From: Malacoraja senta
Lineage: Eukaryota
Length of the DNA: 64,000 nucleotides
Direction of reading: 5' to 3'
Assembly: GCA_038087875.1 (NCBI GenBank)
Contig: JAXLNO010000944.1
Location: 62,001 to 126,000, forward strand
A program made the translations under genes and the position numbers. The notes under the pieces are model-generated. The model ran no database searches, was not told where the DNA came from, and saw only the letters and a program-made list of their open reading frames with translations. This document shows, one piece after another, positions 1 to 11,980 of the stretch. Numbering within the stretch: position 1 is the first letter of the stretch; every line of letters starts with the position of its first letter.

Positions 1-354
1 CCTGTGTCAATCACGGCTCTGCTCACCCCCCTACGGACAGACTCTACACATCACTGCCAGGCAGGGGTGGGGGAAGAGACCAATCTGCCAGCATTTGACA
101 CTCACCTGCACCCTCTCCAGCGACTCGAAGGGCAGCATGTTCCGAAGCTCCTCCAGTGTCTGAAGGGTTACCTTGCCCAGCAGCTTGATGACGTGGGCTG
201 GTATCAGCGGGTGAGCGAGGCGTATGGTTTCAGACGGCTCACCGCCCCAGTCTAGCCAAGCCCGGGAGGCAGCGGTCAGCAGCTCCAGCTCCTTCTCCAT
301 TCTCTGCATTCGCACCTGCAGGCCAGCCTAGGAACAGAGCAAGACGGTCAGCTT

Positions 355-660
355 GGGCAGTATGGTGATGCAGTGGTAGAGTTGCTGCCTTACAGCGCCA
401 GAGACCCGAGTTTGATCCTGACTACAGATGCTGCCTGTATGAAGTTTGTACATTCTCCCCGTGACCTGCATGGGCTTTCTCCGAGATCTTTGGTTTCCTC
501 CCACACTCCAATGATGTACTGGCTTGTAGATTAATTGGCTTAGTATTAATGTAAAATTGTCCCTAGCGTGTGTGGGATGGTGTTAGTGTGCGGGGATCAC
601 TGGTCGGTGTGGACCCGGTAGGCCAAAAGGCCTGTTCCTGCGCTGTATCTCTAAACTAAA
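355..660 (+). mobile_element. tRNA-derived SINE (HE1/V-SINE-like)
   Basis: tRNA-like head (gcagtggtagagttgctgccttacagcgccagagaccc), central ttctccccgtgacctgc...ggtttcctcccacactcc core, LINE-like 3' end and ctaaactaaa tail. Paralogous copy at 46616-46921. Confidence 0.85.
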
Positions 661-2059
661 GTCCAAATCAACCTGACCCAGAATATAGCCATCGCCGCCC
701 TTCAATGAGACCGTGCACCGCACATTTATTGTCAAGGCCAGGTTCCACAGCATGGAGGGGGGACACCTCCAACCTAATGCAGGCCAACTGCAGCCAAACT
801 CTCCATCCTGCAACCCCATTTCAACCCCCAACTCTCCACCCCATTCACTCTGCCCCCAACCCACCCAGCAGCCCACCCCTTCTCCTCCACTTATCTCACA
901 TCTCTCCTCTATTTTCCCCTCAACTACTTACTCCCCAGGGTGGAAATGTCAAAGAGCTTTACGATAAGAGGGATAAAGTTTAAAAGGTGATAGATTTTTT
1001 ATACCAGGTGGATGCCTGGAACACGCTCTGCCAGGAGAGGCGGTGGAGGCAGATACGATAGAGGCATTTGATAGTCGTATGGAGATGCAGGGAATGGTGG
1101 GATATGGATCCTGTGCAGGCAAGCAAGATTAGTCATTTTTGCATTATGTTCCACATTGACATTGTGGGCTGAAAGGCTATTCCACTGCTGCTCCCTCTCA
1201 TCTCTGCGTGTGTGTGTGTGTGGGTGGGTGTGGGTGTGTGTGGTCCCTGGGTGTGTCTTGTCCCTGTCTTGTCTACAGCTCTGCCCTCATCGACCTTTCT
1301 GGTCCATCTTCAAAAAAATCAATCAGATTTGTGAGACACGACCTCCCACGTATAAAACCATGCTGACTATCCCCAATCAGCCCTTGCCCATCCAAATGCC
1401 TGTATAACCTATCCCTCAGAATACTCTCTAGTAACTTTCCAGCTGCAGATGTTAAGCTCACCGGCCTATAGTTCCCAGCATTTCCCCTGCAGCCTTTCTT
1501 GAAAAGAGGCACAACATTTGCCACCCTCCAGTCTTCCAGCACCTCTCTTGTATTTAAGAACGACTCATAAATTTCCCCTCTAGTTTCCCGCAATGTCCTC
1601 GGATACATCTGATCAGGTCCCGGAGATTTGTCTACCTTCAAACTCGACAGTACCTTCAATACTTCCTCGACGGTAACACTGACTGCTCTTAAGACACTTC
1701 CATTGACTGCTCCAAGTTCCTCCGTCCTACTGTCCTAGCGGAGCTGGTCCTTGCCCTCAATAACTTTTCCTTTGACTCCTCCCATTTCCTCCAACTTATG
1801 CAAACCATATCAACCCATCCAAACGGCGTTAGCAAACCCATCGAGGAGATTGGTCCCAGCCTCGAGGTGCCACCTGCCCTCAGAACCAGTGCCAGTGCCC
1901 GAGGAATATACAGCCCTCCCTCCTGCATCATCACTCCCCTACACATCACCCACACTCCCTTCCCACACCCACACTCACTGTACCAGCTACTGGGAACAAT
2001 CTGGAGATTAGCACCTTTGCACGCGTTAGAACAGCGAGTTTATCAAATACAAGCAGCCT

Positions 2060-2690
2060 GATAATAGAATATAAAGACAGGGATGTAACGCTGAGGCTTT
2101 ATAAGGCACTGGCCAGACCACATTTGGAGTATTGTGAGCGGTTTTGGGCTCCACATCTGAAGAAGGAAATGCTGGCATTAGAGAGGGTCCAGAGGAGGTT
2201 TACGAGAATGATCCCAGGAATGAGTGGGTTGACGTGTGATGAGCATTTGTAGACACTGGGCCTGTACTCACTGGACCTGTACTCGCTGTAGGATGAGGAG
2301 GGACTTCATTGAAACTTGCCGAATAATGAAAGGCCTGGATAGAGTGGATGTGGAGAGGATGTTTCCACTAGTGGGAGAGTTTAGGACCAGAGGCCATAGC
2401 CATAGAACAAAACCACGTACCTTTAGAAAGGAGACGAGGTGGAATTTCTTTAGTTAGGGAGTGATGAATCTGTGGAAAATTTTGCCACAGACGGCTGTGA
2501 AGGCCAAATCAATGGGTATTTTTAACGTGCAGATTGATAAGATTCTTGATTAGTACGGGTGTCGGAGGTTATGGGGAACAGGCAGGAGAATGGGGTTGAG
2601 CGGGAAAGATAGATCAGCCATGATTGAATAGTAGAGTAGGCTTGATGGGCCAAATGGTCTAATTCTGCTCCTATAATTTATGAACAATAT
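2060..2690 (+). mobile_element. CR1 LINE 3' fragment
   Basis: Degenerate LYKALxRPHLEYC / [14 protein letters not shown] / [14 protein letters not shown] coding; duplicated at 57130-57765. Confidence 0.85.
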
Positions 2691-3415
2691 AACACAACCT
2701 CAATTCAGCTGCTTGGACCTCACTCTCTAATTCCAATAAGAACCGTGGGCTCGGGATACTCAGTTTACTCTATAAATTCACCAGTGTTGTTCTGTCAAAC
2801 AGACGGTTAAATACAGCCCTGGGCCCACCACAATCCCTCCACCTTTAATCCTTTACTCTCAACTTGACTGTTTCTCCTTATGCTTTGCCTCAACTGCTTG
2901 AACCCTCAGTGAAGATTTTCTCTTCATATTGTCTTGCAGACATCAATGATCGATGAAGTGAGATGTGAAATGGAGCAGGTCCTTACCCAGCAACACCAGC
3001 AGCATCCACGTCTTCACGTGAGGGACACACCAGGAGGGGAAACACACACAAGTCAGCCGGCTATTGAACCCAACCCCGTCTCAAGCGAGATGGATACAAA
3101 AAGCTGTCGTAACTCAGTGGGTCGGGCAGCATCTCTGGAGTCTGAAGAAGGGCATTGTCCTGAAATGTCACCCATTCCTTCTCTCCAGAGACGCCATGGA
3201 CCCACGCTGCTGACAGACCGTCAGTCCACACACCCAAAGCTCAGAGCCACGGTGACACTGGTGCAAAGATTAGTCAACCTAGGGTGCAGTATCACAGGGC
3301 TGTTCTATGGATGTATCTGGGGTAGAGTGTGGGCAGGCAATCTTGTAGTCCGTGGTTCGAAGGGCCGAATGGCCTACGTCTGCACCTATTTTTCTATGTT
3401 TTCCCTATGTTTCTA

Positions 3416-3524
3416 GTGGGTTTATCTGGGGTAGTACAAGTGGGTTGGCCTGTGGTGGGTTTATCTGGGGTAGTACAAGTGGGTTGGCCTGTGGTGGGTT
3501 TATCTGGGGTAGTACAAGTGGGTT
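3416..3524. repeat. 39-bp minisatellite, ~2.8 copies
   Basis: Unit gtgggtttatctggggtagtacaagtgggttggcctgtg; about 1.5 copies at the paralogous site near 58647-58705. Confidence 0.9.
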
Positions 3525-4191
3525 ATCATTTTTTAAGTTTAGTTTAAAGACACAGCACAGAAACAGGCCCTTCGGCCCACCGAGTCCGTACCGGCCAACG
3601 ATTCCCGCCCACTAACACTACTCTACACAGACTAGGGTCATGGAGTGATACAGTTTGGAAACAGGCCCTTCGGCCCAACTTGGCCACACCGACCAACAAT
3701 GTCCCAGCTACATCAGAACATATGTCCTCTGGTCCTCGATTCCCGTACTCTGGGCAAGAAACTGTGCATCTACCCGATCTATTCCTCTCATGGTTTTGTA
3801 TGCCTCTATAAGATCTCCCCTCATCCTGCTGAGCTCCATGGAATAGAGACCCAGCCTAGTCAACCTCTCCCCATAGCTCACACCCTCTAGTCCTGGCAAC
3901 ATCCTCGTAAATCTTCTCTGAATCCTTTCAAGCTTGACAATATTTTTCCTATAACATGGTGCCCCGAACTGAACACAATATTTTAAATGTGGTCTCACCA
4001 ACGTCTTATACAATTGCAACATGACCTCCCAGTTTCCACAATCAAAACTCTGACTGATGAAGGCCAATGTGCCAAATCCTTTTTGACCACCTTATCTACC
4101 TGCGACTCGACCTTCAAGGAACCATGCACCTGCACTCCTAGATCCCTCTGCTCTACATCACTACCCAGAGGCCTACCATTTATTGTGTAGG

Positions 4192-4535
4192 CAGGGCTCT
4201 CGCTTAACTTTTTTCCCCTGTTGCCAGCCGGGCAACCTAGGCAGCTTTTTAGGTTGCCAAATGACAGTTTAGGTGGTCATTTAGGACGGCTCGCATGACA
4301 CGTGCGATAATGTGCTCGGACGAAGTGCGTAGTTACCAGTCAGAATTATGGTCAATGAAGCATTCACATATTATTTCTGCTTCAAATAAAGTCACAAAAT
4401 AAACATATTCACCAATCAAGACATGATATATACCACAATGACATGCAGCAACATTACAATACAGTATCTCATCTCTTTTTACACGTTGCAATGAATGCAA
4501 TTTCTATTATTTCTTTCCACTTCCAAACAAAATTC
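4192..4535 (+). mobile_element. Possible hAT-like DNA transposon terminal fragment
   Basis: Begins CAGGGCTCTCGCTTAAC exactly where similarity to 60304 stops; the CAGGG start resembles hAT termini; no matching second end found. Confidence 0.35.
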
Positions 4536-4539
4536 TGGT

Positions 4540-5735
4540 TAGATTATTCAGCGTATGATCAACCCGTGAGACCAAATGCAGGCTTGGCGATCGTTTCCCA
4601 CAATACCTACACTCAGTTCGCAATAACCAAACTGATCTCCCGGTGGCTGAGCACTTCAACTCCCCCTCCCATTCTGAATCTGACCTTTCTGTCCTGGGCC
4701 TCCTCCATGGCCAGAGTGAGGCCCACTGCAAATTGGAGGAGCAGCACCTCATATTTCGCTTGGGTAGTTTACACCCCAGCGGTATGAACATTGGATTATC
4801 CAATTTCAAGTAGTCCTTGCTTTCTCCCTCCTTCCCCTCCCATTCCCAGCTCTCCCACAGCCTACTGTCTCCGCCTCTTCCTTTCTTTTTCCCGACCCCC
4901 CCAACCCCCACACTTCCCAACATCAGTCTGAAGAAGGGTCTCACCCGGAAACGTCGCCTATTCCTTCTCTCCAAAGATGCTGCCTCACCCGCTGATTTTC
5001 TCCAGCTTTGTCTACCAACGAGATCCCACCACTGGCCACAACTTCCCATCTCCTCCCCTGTCGGCTTTACGCAGAGACCGCTCCCTCCGTAACTCCCTGG
5101 TCATTTTGTCCCTTCCCACCCAAACCACCGCCTCTCCAGGCACTTTCCCTTGCAACGGCAGGAAATGCTACACTTGTCGCTTTACCTTCCCCCTTGACTC
5201 CATTCAAGGACCCAAGCAGTCGTTCCAGGTGAGGCAGAGGTTCACCAGCATCTCCTCCAACCTCATCTATTGCATCCGCTGCTCTAGATGTCAGCTGCTC
5301 TACATTGGTGAGACCAAGCATAGGCTTGGCGATTGCTTTGCCCAATACCTCCGCTATCGCAATAACCAACCTGATCTCCCGGTGGCTCAGCACTTCAACT
5401 CCTCCTCCCATTCCGAATCCGACCTTTCTGTCCTAGGCCTCCTCCATGGCCAGAGTGAGGCCCACCGTAAATTGGAGAAAACAGCTCCTCATATTTTGCT
5501 TGGGCAGTTTACACCCCAGCGGTATGAAAATTGACCTCCAATTTCAGGTAGTCCCTGCTTTCTCCTCCACTTCTCAGCTCTCCCTCAGCCCACTGTCTCC
5601 GCCTCTTCCTTTCTTCTTCCCACCCCCTGCACCCTCACATCAGTTTGAAGAAGGGTCTCGACCCAAAACGTCGCCTATTTCCTTCGCTCCATAGATGCTG
5701 GTTTACCCGCTGAGTTTCTCCAGCATTTTTGTCTC
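4540..5735 (+). mobile_element. Penelope-like element, two tandem 3' (GIY-YIG) portions
   Basis: ORF 4977..5534 has [25 protein letters not shown] (GIY-YIG). The endonuclease tail plus 3' UTR occurs twice (4540-5015, 5015-5735). Confidence 0.85.
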
Positions 5736-5962
5736 CCCATTCACACAAGTTCTGTTATCCCAGTTTCCTCACCCACTCCCTACACATTAGGGGCAATTTT
5801 ACAGAGACAAGTTAACCTACAAAGCCAATGCATCTTTGGGATGTGGGAGGAAACCCACACGCTTGCAAGGAGAATGTACAAATTCAACACAGACAGTGCC
5901 CGAGGACAGGATCGAACACAGATCCCTGGCGTGTGAGGCAGCAAGTCCACCAGCTGTGCCAC
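5735..5962 (-). mobile_element. tRNA-derived SINE (V-SINE-like)
   Basis: Reverse complement of the SINE head and core (gggaggaaacccacac...ggcagcaag). Confidence 0.75.
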
Positions 5963-7633
5963 TATATTTTATTTTCCAATACACAAAAAATTATACGTTG
6001 ATAACTTTGGTTACTAAAAAAAAGAAACTATCCATTTTCAGTCTTAAATCTCTAAGTGATGCTATGTCCCCCTTTACAGCTACTGTAGGTTTTAATTCAG
6101 TTCAAGACTATGGGGCAGTACATTGGCCATAAAGTTGCTGCCTAAATTGCCAGAGACCCGGAATTGATCCTGAATATGGGTGCTGTCTGTATGGTTTGCT
6201 CCTTTTCCCTTTGATCTCTGGGTGCTCTTATTTCCTTCCACATTCCAAAGGTGTGCAGTAACCTTTTTCAGACCCAATCCAAAACGTAATATTTTCCTTT
6301 TGTCCAGAGATTCTGTCTGACCTGTTGAGTTACTCCAGCTTTTTGTGTCTATTTTCAGTTTGAACCAGCATCTGCTGTTCTTTCCTACACACACAATACT
6401 ATACGATAGAACTTTATTAATCCCAGGAGGGAAATTGTGTGTGTGTGTGTATGTGTGCAGTTATATATTCATATATAAATATACACTGTTTTGTTTTCTC
6501 GTTGATAACATTGTTTACAGAGTACTATGTTTACATATTCTGTTGTGCTGCTGCAAGTAAGGATTTCAATGGGACATGAGAGAATAAAACACTCTTGACT
6601 CTTGACTTACGTCGCTAATGTGTGGGATAGAACTAGTGTGCGGGTGGATCAGTGATCGGCGTGGACTCGGTGGGCCGAAGGGCCTCTTTACACGCTATAT
6701 CTTTAAATTAAACTAAAATACCATAACCAGAGGAAATCTAAAGAAGGGTCTCTACCCGAAACGTCACCCAATTTCTTCTATCCAGAGATGCTGGCTTCTC
6801 CATGGAGTTCCGCCGCACAATTAAAGCATGGAATAGTCGTCACCCTACTATAGGTACTCAACCAGAAGCAACTACATTTAAGGTACCTCTTTATTTCCCC
6901 AAGAACCCTTTCTTGTTTAAGTCCAAGTCAAGAGTCAAGAGAGTTTTATTGTTGTGTGTCCCAGATAGGACAATGAAATTCTTGCTTGCTGCAGCACAAC
7001 AGAATATGTAAACATAATACAGAACAGGAGATAAAAGTTCAGTGTGTCTCTATACTATAGACCATATATATACACAATAAATAAACAGATAAAATGCAAT
7101 AGGCTGTTATTTTTCAGTTTAGGGTTTGGTGGTGGTGGGTCCACCAGTTTAAATTCCATTTCGAATATTTTTGGAGGACCTGGAAACCAAGAAGCAAGAG
7201 TTACTCCAGCTGAGGCAGCGACCGGACAGCAATGGCGGCCAGAACTAAATTTAGTTGCAACTAAATTTAAGGTAGCTCTTTCTTCCCAAAAACCCTTTCT
7301 GGCTTAAGTCCTCCCTCCACCACCTCCAGTTTAAATTCCATTTGGAATATTTTGGAGGACCAAGAAACCAAGAGACAAGAACTCCCACAATGCAAAGGGA
7401 GGGAGAAAGTGGCCGACGCCGACCAGTTGCCGTGGCAGTGCGCATGTGCAGGGCTCGGTGGCCGGCCTTGCCGAACGGAGACCCGAGAGCCTAGAGCGAG
7501 ACCCGGACACGGATGGCGGGCGGGCAGGTGTCCCGGTTGCTTGCCAAGCCGGGCAAAATGGCATGGCTTTTAGATTGCCCGGCGGGACTGTAAGTTGCCA
7601 TGGGCACCGGGCAACAGCTAATTTCGATTCCTG

Positions 7634-7817
7634 TGTTGGAAGAATGATCAAACTCACACATAGTGGTTAGAATCCATAGTCTTTTATTCGTAACTCTGCA
7701 GAGGAAACACAAGGTGCTTTCTTCTCAGCATGCTTACTACCAGTCTACCAGAGAGAGAGAGAGAGCTGTCTAATAAGCCTGTGGGCGGAGCCACAGTATG
7801 AGTGACACTAATCTACA
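7634..7817 (-). mobile_element. Short solo LTR-like element
   Basis: TGTTGG...CTACA termini; on the minus strand AATAAAAGACT lies near the CAACA end; no clean TSD. Confidence 0.5.
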
Positions 7818-7854
7818 GATAGGCACAGGGATAAGTTGCGGTTTATTATTGTCA

Positions 7855-8128
7855 CGTTTAGTTTCGAGGTACAGCATGGAAATAGGCCTTTTGGCCCACT
7901 GAACCTGTGCTGACTAACGACCACCCAAATATTAGTGCTATCCTACACACTAGGGACAATTTACAGAAGCCAAAAAACTTACAAACCTGCACGTCTTTGA
8001 ATGTGACGGAACTGTAGGACCCGGAGATAACTCACATGGTCACAGGGAGAATATATGAACTCTATATAGACAGCACCCATTGTCAGGATTGAACTTTGGT
8101 CTGTGATACTGTAAGGCAGCAACTTTCC
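7855..8128 (-). mobile_element. tRNA-derived SINE (V-SINE-like)
   Basis: Reverse-complement SINE with head at gtaaggcagcaact. Confidence 0.75.
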
Positions 8129-8915
8129 AGGTACAGTTGCATGCTATCCAATTGGATGAGATAACGACATATGATCAAGTCAACTCAAGTACTGTAGGTA
8201 GAGCAAAGGGGAAGGTACAGAGTGTGGCATATAGTTCTCAGCAATGTAGCACACCAGTTCCATTAGATAAGGGTTTCGACACGAAACGTGACACATTCCT
8301 TCTCTCCAGAGATGCTGCCTGACCCGTTGAGTTACTCTAGCATTTTGTGTCTATCTGCGGTTTAAACCAGCATCTACAGTTCCTTCCTGCATAGTTCTAT
8401 AAACAAAGTCCACTGTCTGTAATGGGGTAATGGTCAAGTGGACAGTACCCTAGCTTATGGAACGATCATTCAGAAGCCTGATTTTCTCCTCGGTTATCAA
8501 GTTTCCGAGTAAGCCATTTGGTCCTCTAACCTGCCCACCATTCAATATGACCATGGCTGACGTTCCTCAGGCATCAACTCCTGTTCGGTGCCAGTTCATC
8601 ATTGCACTCAATTCTCCAATCTTTCAAAAGTTTAACCACCATTAAATACTTCCAATGATTTTGTCTTCACAAATCTCTGGGGTCAAGAGCGCCAGAGAAT
8701 GACCACACTCTGCAAAAAGAGATTTTGTAAACAAATGACTGGTCTCTTTTATCTCTTATTGAAGAGGAGTGAAAATACTGCCAATTTTAAGCTTGCCCCT
8801 CCCCAATTGGCCCTCATTTCGTAACTTGTCAATTATTTATTATTGTCAATAATGTGCCCTAGTGAAAAGATTTGCCGTTGGTATTAGTTTATTATTGTAA
8901 CGTGAACTGAGATAT

Positions 8916-9203
8916 TGTAGCGGCACCAAACGTGGTGAATAAAGGTGAGACGTCAGGCCGGTTCAAAGAGTCGTTTATTCAGTGCTGACACGTTAGGTTG
9001 GTGCCGACTATCATAACAGTGTTGCTGTAGCTGAGCGAGGTTGTTCCCTCGGGCTCAGCTACGGGTTGAACTCCTCAAGGTCTCGAGGTGAGATGACCTT
9101 AAGTACCAGGACACTCCCTCTAGCCCATGACGTCACGTGCCCGCCCTCGTACTTCCTAACGAGGGTTCGAGCATAAGTGGCCCGTGTATAGGCTGCCGCC
9201 ACA
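8916..9203 (-). mobile_element. Solo LTR (Ty3/Gypsy-like) with 4-bp TSD
   Basis: TGTAGCGGCA...TGCCGCCACA inverted termini; ATAT duplicated at 8912-8915 and 9204-9207; interrupts an older LINE tail. Confidence 0.8.
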
Positions 9204-9692
9204 ATATAGTCAAAAGTTTGTCTGTGTGTTATCCAATCAGATCATACTACACATGTGCAATCAAGCCATCCACAAGTAGATCAGTGCAAAGAGAAAACTA
9301 CTCAGAGTGCAGAATATCGGGTTACAATATCATAGCATTACAGTTACAGAGAAAGTGCAGATCAAAAAGAGTTGCAAGGTTCACAATGAGATTGGTTGGA
9401 AGATCAGGACAACATCTTATCTTACATGAGAATCATTCAGTAGTCCAATAACAGTGGGGAAGAAACTGTTCCTGAATTTAATGGTACGTACTTTCAACCT
9501 TTGTTGTGTACTGTCTTAACAGGGAGCGTACGATCCCTTTTAAACCACGTGGTTGGTTGATGGGACGAAAGAGGCAAAATGGGGCAGATGTGGACAGTAA
9601 CTTGGTTGTTGTAGTAGACTGAAGAATATTTTGTGGTGGGTGACTGTGCAAGTTTTACTGAAGGTGAAAATAACCATCTTACTGTCTTGTAG

Positions 9693-9959
9693 TTTCCCCT
9701 GAGGTATCTCTCGCTGCCCGCCTTGATGACCATTCAGTCCTGTACTGCACTGTGTTTGGATTTTACCCACCAGCCATCAATGTCAGCTGGTTGCAGAATG
9801 GTCAACATGTCTCTGAGACCAAATCTTCTGGGGTCATACCCAACAACGATGGAACATATCATCTAAAGTCTGTCCTTGAGTATGATCCGTATGATGGGAA
9901 ACAGTATTCCTGTCATGTCGATCACAGCAGCCTGCCCGGTGGGAAGACCATCATCTGGG
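9693..9959 (+). CDS. MHC class I-like heavy chain, Ig C1 (alpha3) exon
   Basis: Acceptor cttgtag|TT at 9693 and donor TGG G|gtaag at 9959; 267 nt, phase 1-1, no stop. Translation: xSPEVSLAARLDDHSVLYCTVFGFYPPAINVSWLQNGQHVSETKSSGVIPNNDGTYHLKSVLEYDPYDGKQYSCHVDHSSLPGGKTIIW. It has the C1-set Cys pair, GFYP, W, the PNxDGTY class I signature and YSCHVxHSSL. Confidence 0.88.
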
Positions 9960-10239
9960 GTAAGAACATTAAATATTCTTTCATAGATAATCATTATCTT
10001 CTGTTGTTTCCATTTTAATCATTGTGACTACATCCCATATTCCAAGATGTTTAAACTTTCTTTGTTTAGTGGTGTTGCTCTAAGCAATCACGTAATCAGC
10101 ACCCACTCTCCACATGAGCAGAAGACTTTGTCAACAGAAAATTTATCAAAAGTAAATAAATAACTAATATACAAGGAAGGAGTATTTGAGATTCTCAGTG
10201 GTGGAACTGAAATCCATGAAAGGTATGTTTAAATAAAAA

Positions 10240-10960
10240 ATGAATCTTTCCTCATGATGTGATTAACAGCAAGGCACTGGGGGAGTACATGCCCCAATCC
10301 AAATCAATGGTCCGAAGCGGAAATGATTGAGAGCTTCATGTTCCTTGGCATGAATTTATCCAATATTCGGTCATGGACTGGCCACATAGCCAAGGAGGCA
10401 CACCGACCTCTACTTCCTCCGGAGACTGAGAATATTCATCATGTCTCTGGTGACTCTAGCAAACATCTATAGATGCTGCTAGAGAAAGCATGTTGTTGGG
10501 TTGCATCACATCTTGATTTGGGAACTGCACTGCCCAAGACTGCAAGAATATACAAAGAGTTAAAGATCATCACACAGCCCAGACTTCCCACTATTGATTC
10601 AGTCTACACAAGGTTGCCTTTGAAAACGAGACTTATCCCACCCTGGTCATTCCTCCTTCCTGCTCCCATCAGGCAATAGGTACAGAAAGTTGAAAGTATA
10701 CACTGCCAGACTCAGGAACACCCCCTTTCCATCTGTTAACAGGCTTCGGAAGGGTCCTTCCATAATGTAGGTTCAATGCCCGATTCACCTCAACCTCATT
10801 GCACATTGTCTATGGAACTGATGCGTTACAATGCTGAGAACTATATTCTGTGCTCTGTATCCTCCTCTTTGCTCTATCTATTGTTTTTGAGTTTGTATTT
10901 ATGTATAGTTTTATAATTTGTTTGGATAGCATACAAAACAAACCTTTGCTCTGTAATTTG
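10240..10960 (+). mobile_element. Rex1/Babar-like LINE 3' fragment
   Basis: Degenerate ESFxFLG, AxQRLYFLRRL, ESMLxGCIT..FGNC coding followed by UTR. Confidence 0.65.
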
Positions 10961-11980
10961 AAACATCTGGCATTAATAAAACAAAACCTAATGAAGTAAG
11001 TTCCCTGACGCAAGTTACAGATTCAGCAACGAAAAATATAACTGCCTGACAAACAGCGATCGTAGTAGTTTGATTCCAAGTATGCTGCACTAACCTACAC
11101 AAATGCTCACTTTTGAAGATTCCCTCGAACAATGCACAACTAAGGAATCTGATGTTTCACTCTGAAGACTGTTGACACACTCCAGAACTTAATTTCCAAC
11201 CTATCTATGTATGATCAGCAATCTAGGCTACAGCGCCATCAGTCCCTTCATCTGCTCTTAATACCAACGATAAGTAGTTCACTCTCTTGCATTGATTCCC
11301 AACCTGCAGTTGCAGTTTCCCAACCTGAACACTCCTTTAAGACAACTCTCTGCTTGCTCTAAATTGTTTTTTCCATTCATGCTAATTATTACCCCCAATG
11401 TCATAAGCCTTTGCATCACTTGATTGATATCATGAAAATCCAGATATTGTGCGACATCTGGTGGTCAGGCCACTTATTGCTAGAACCCTCGTCAGGGGAG
11501 CTGGGACTATCACATGACAGGGTTTTGGTGGGAGTTGGTGATGAATCAGTCGCCAGTCAACTGGTGTGCCCGATAACAACGGCAGGAACTTTGCTCAAGT
11601 CCTTACTAAACATGAGTGTGCCAAAACTGTATTTCTTTAAAAAAAACATTGATTTGTTCACGACGTTTGGATCTCTACAATATATTGTATTTCTTTTGTT
11701 TCTCATTCCAATTTTACCTATTCTGCTTTTCCATCATTTTGTTTTTGAATTTTAGACTGTGCACACCTGCTGCTCGAATATACATTGTCTACGGGTTCCT
11801 GTTGCATTTTCAAAGAATTCTAATCAATTTCTCAAACAAAGTTTGAAGAAGGGTCCCAAAACGAAACGTCACCTGTCCATGTGTAAGAAGAAACTGCAAA
11901 TGCTGGTTTACACCGAAGATGGACACAAATTGCTGGAATAACTCAGCTGGTCAGCCAGCATCTCTGGAGAAAAGGAATAG

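Larger units (their letters stand above)
106..3278 (-). pseudogene. Partial duplicate of the SUN-like gene (exons 3278-3234, 3030-2987, 327-106)
   Basis: Near-identical to exons at 58509-58465, 58102-58050 and 46588-46367. The TM exon acceptor is mutated AG>TG (cctcctg), the TM has a 9-nt deletion, and the equivalent of exon 55244-55171 is absent. Confidence 0.72.
1..4191. repeat. Segmental duplication (shuffled) of 46262-47450, 60740-61250, 56875-58857 and 59580-60304
   Basis: Direct sequence comparison; paired ORFs in the track are near-identical (4..255 vs 46265..46516; 3987..4190 vs 60101..60304; 1273..1659 vs 60850..61275). Confidence 0.93.

Noticed and set aside
355-430. tRNA gene
   Set aside because: tRNA-derived SINE head continuing into SINE core and tail; the same applies to the other copies.
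3329-3615. ORFs with 13-aa repeats
   Set aside because: Translation of the 39-bp VNTR running into a SINE fragment.
6802-7011. ORF MEFRRTIKAWNSRHPTI... as the missing MHC leader or alpha2 exon
   Set aside because: Not hydrophobic, no alpha1/alpha2 Cys or Trp motifs, weak donor, and it runs into a LINE tail.
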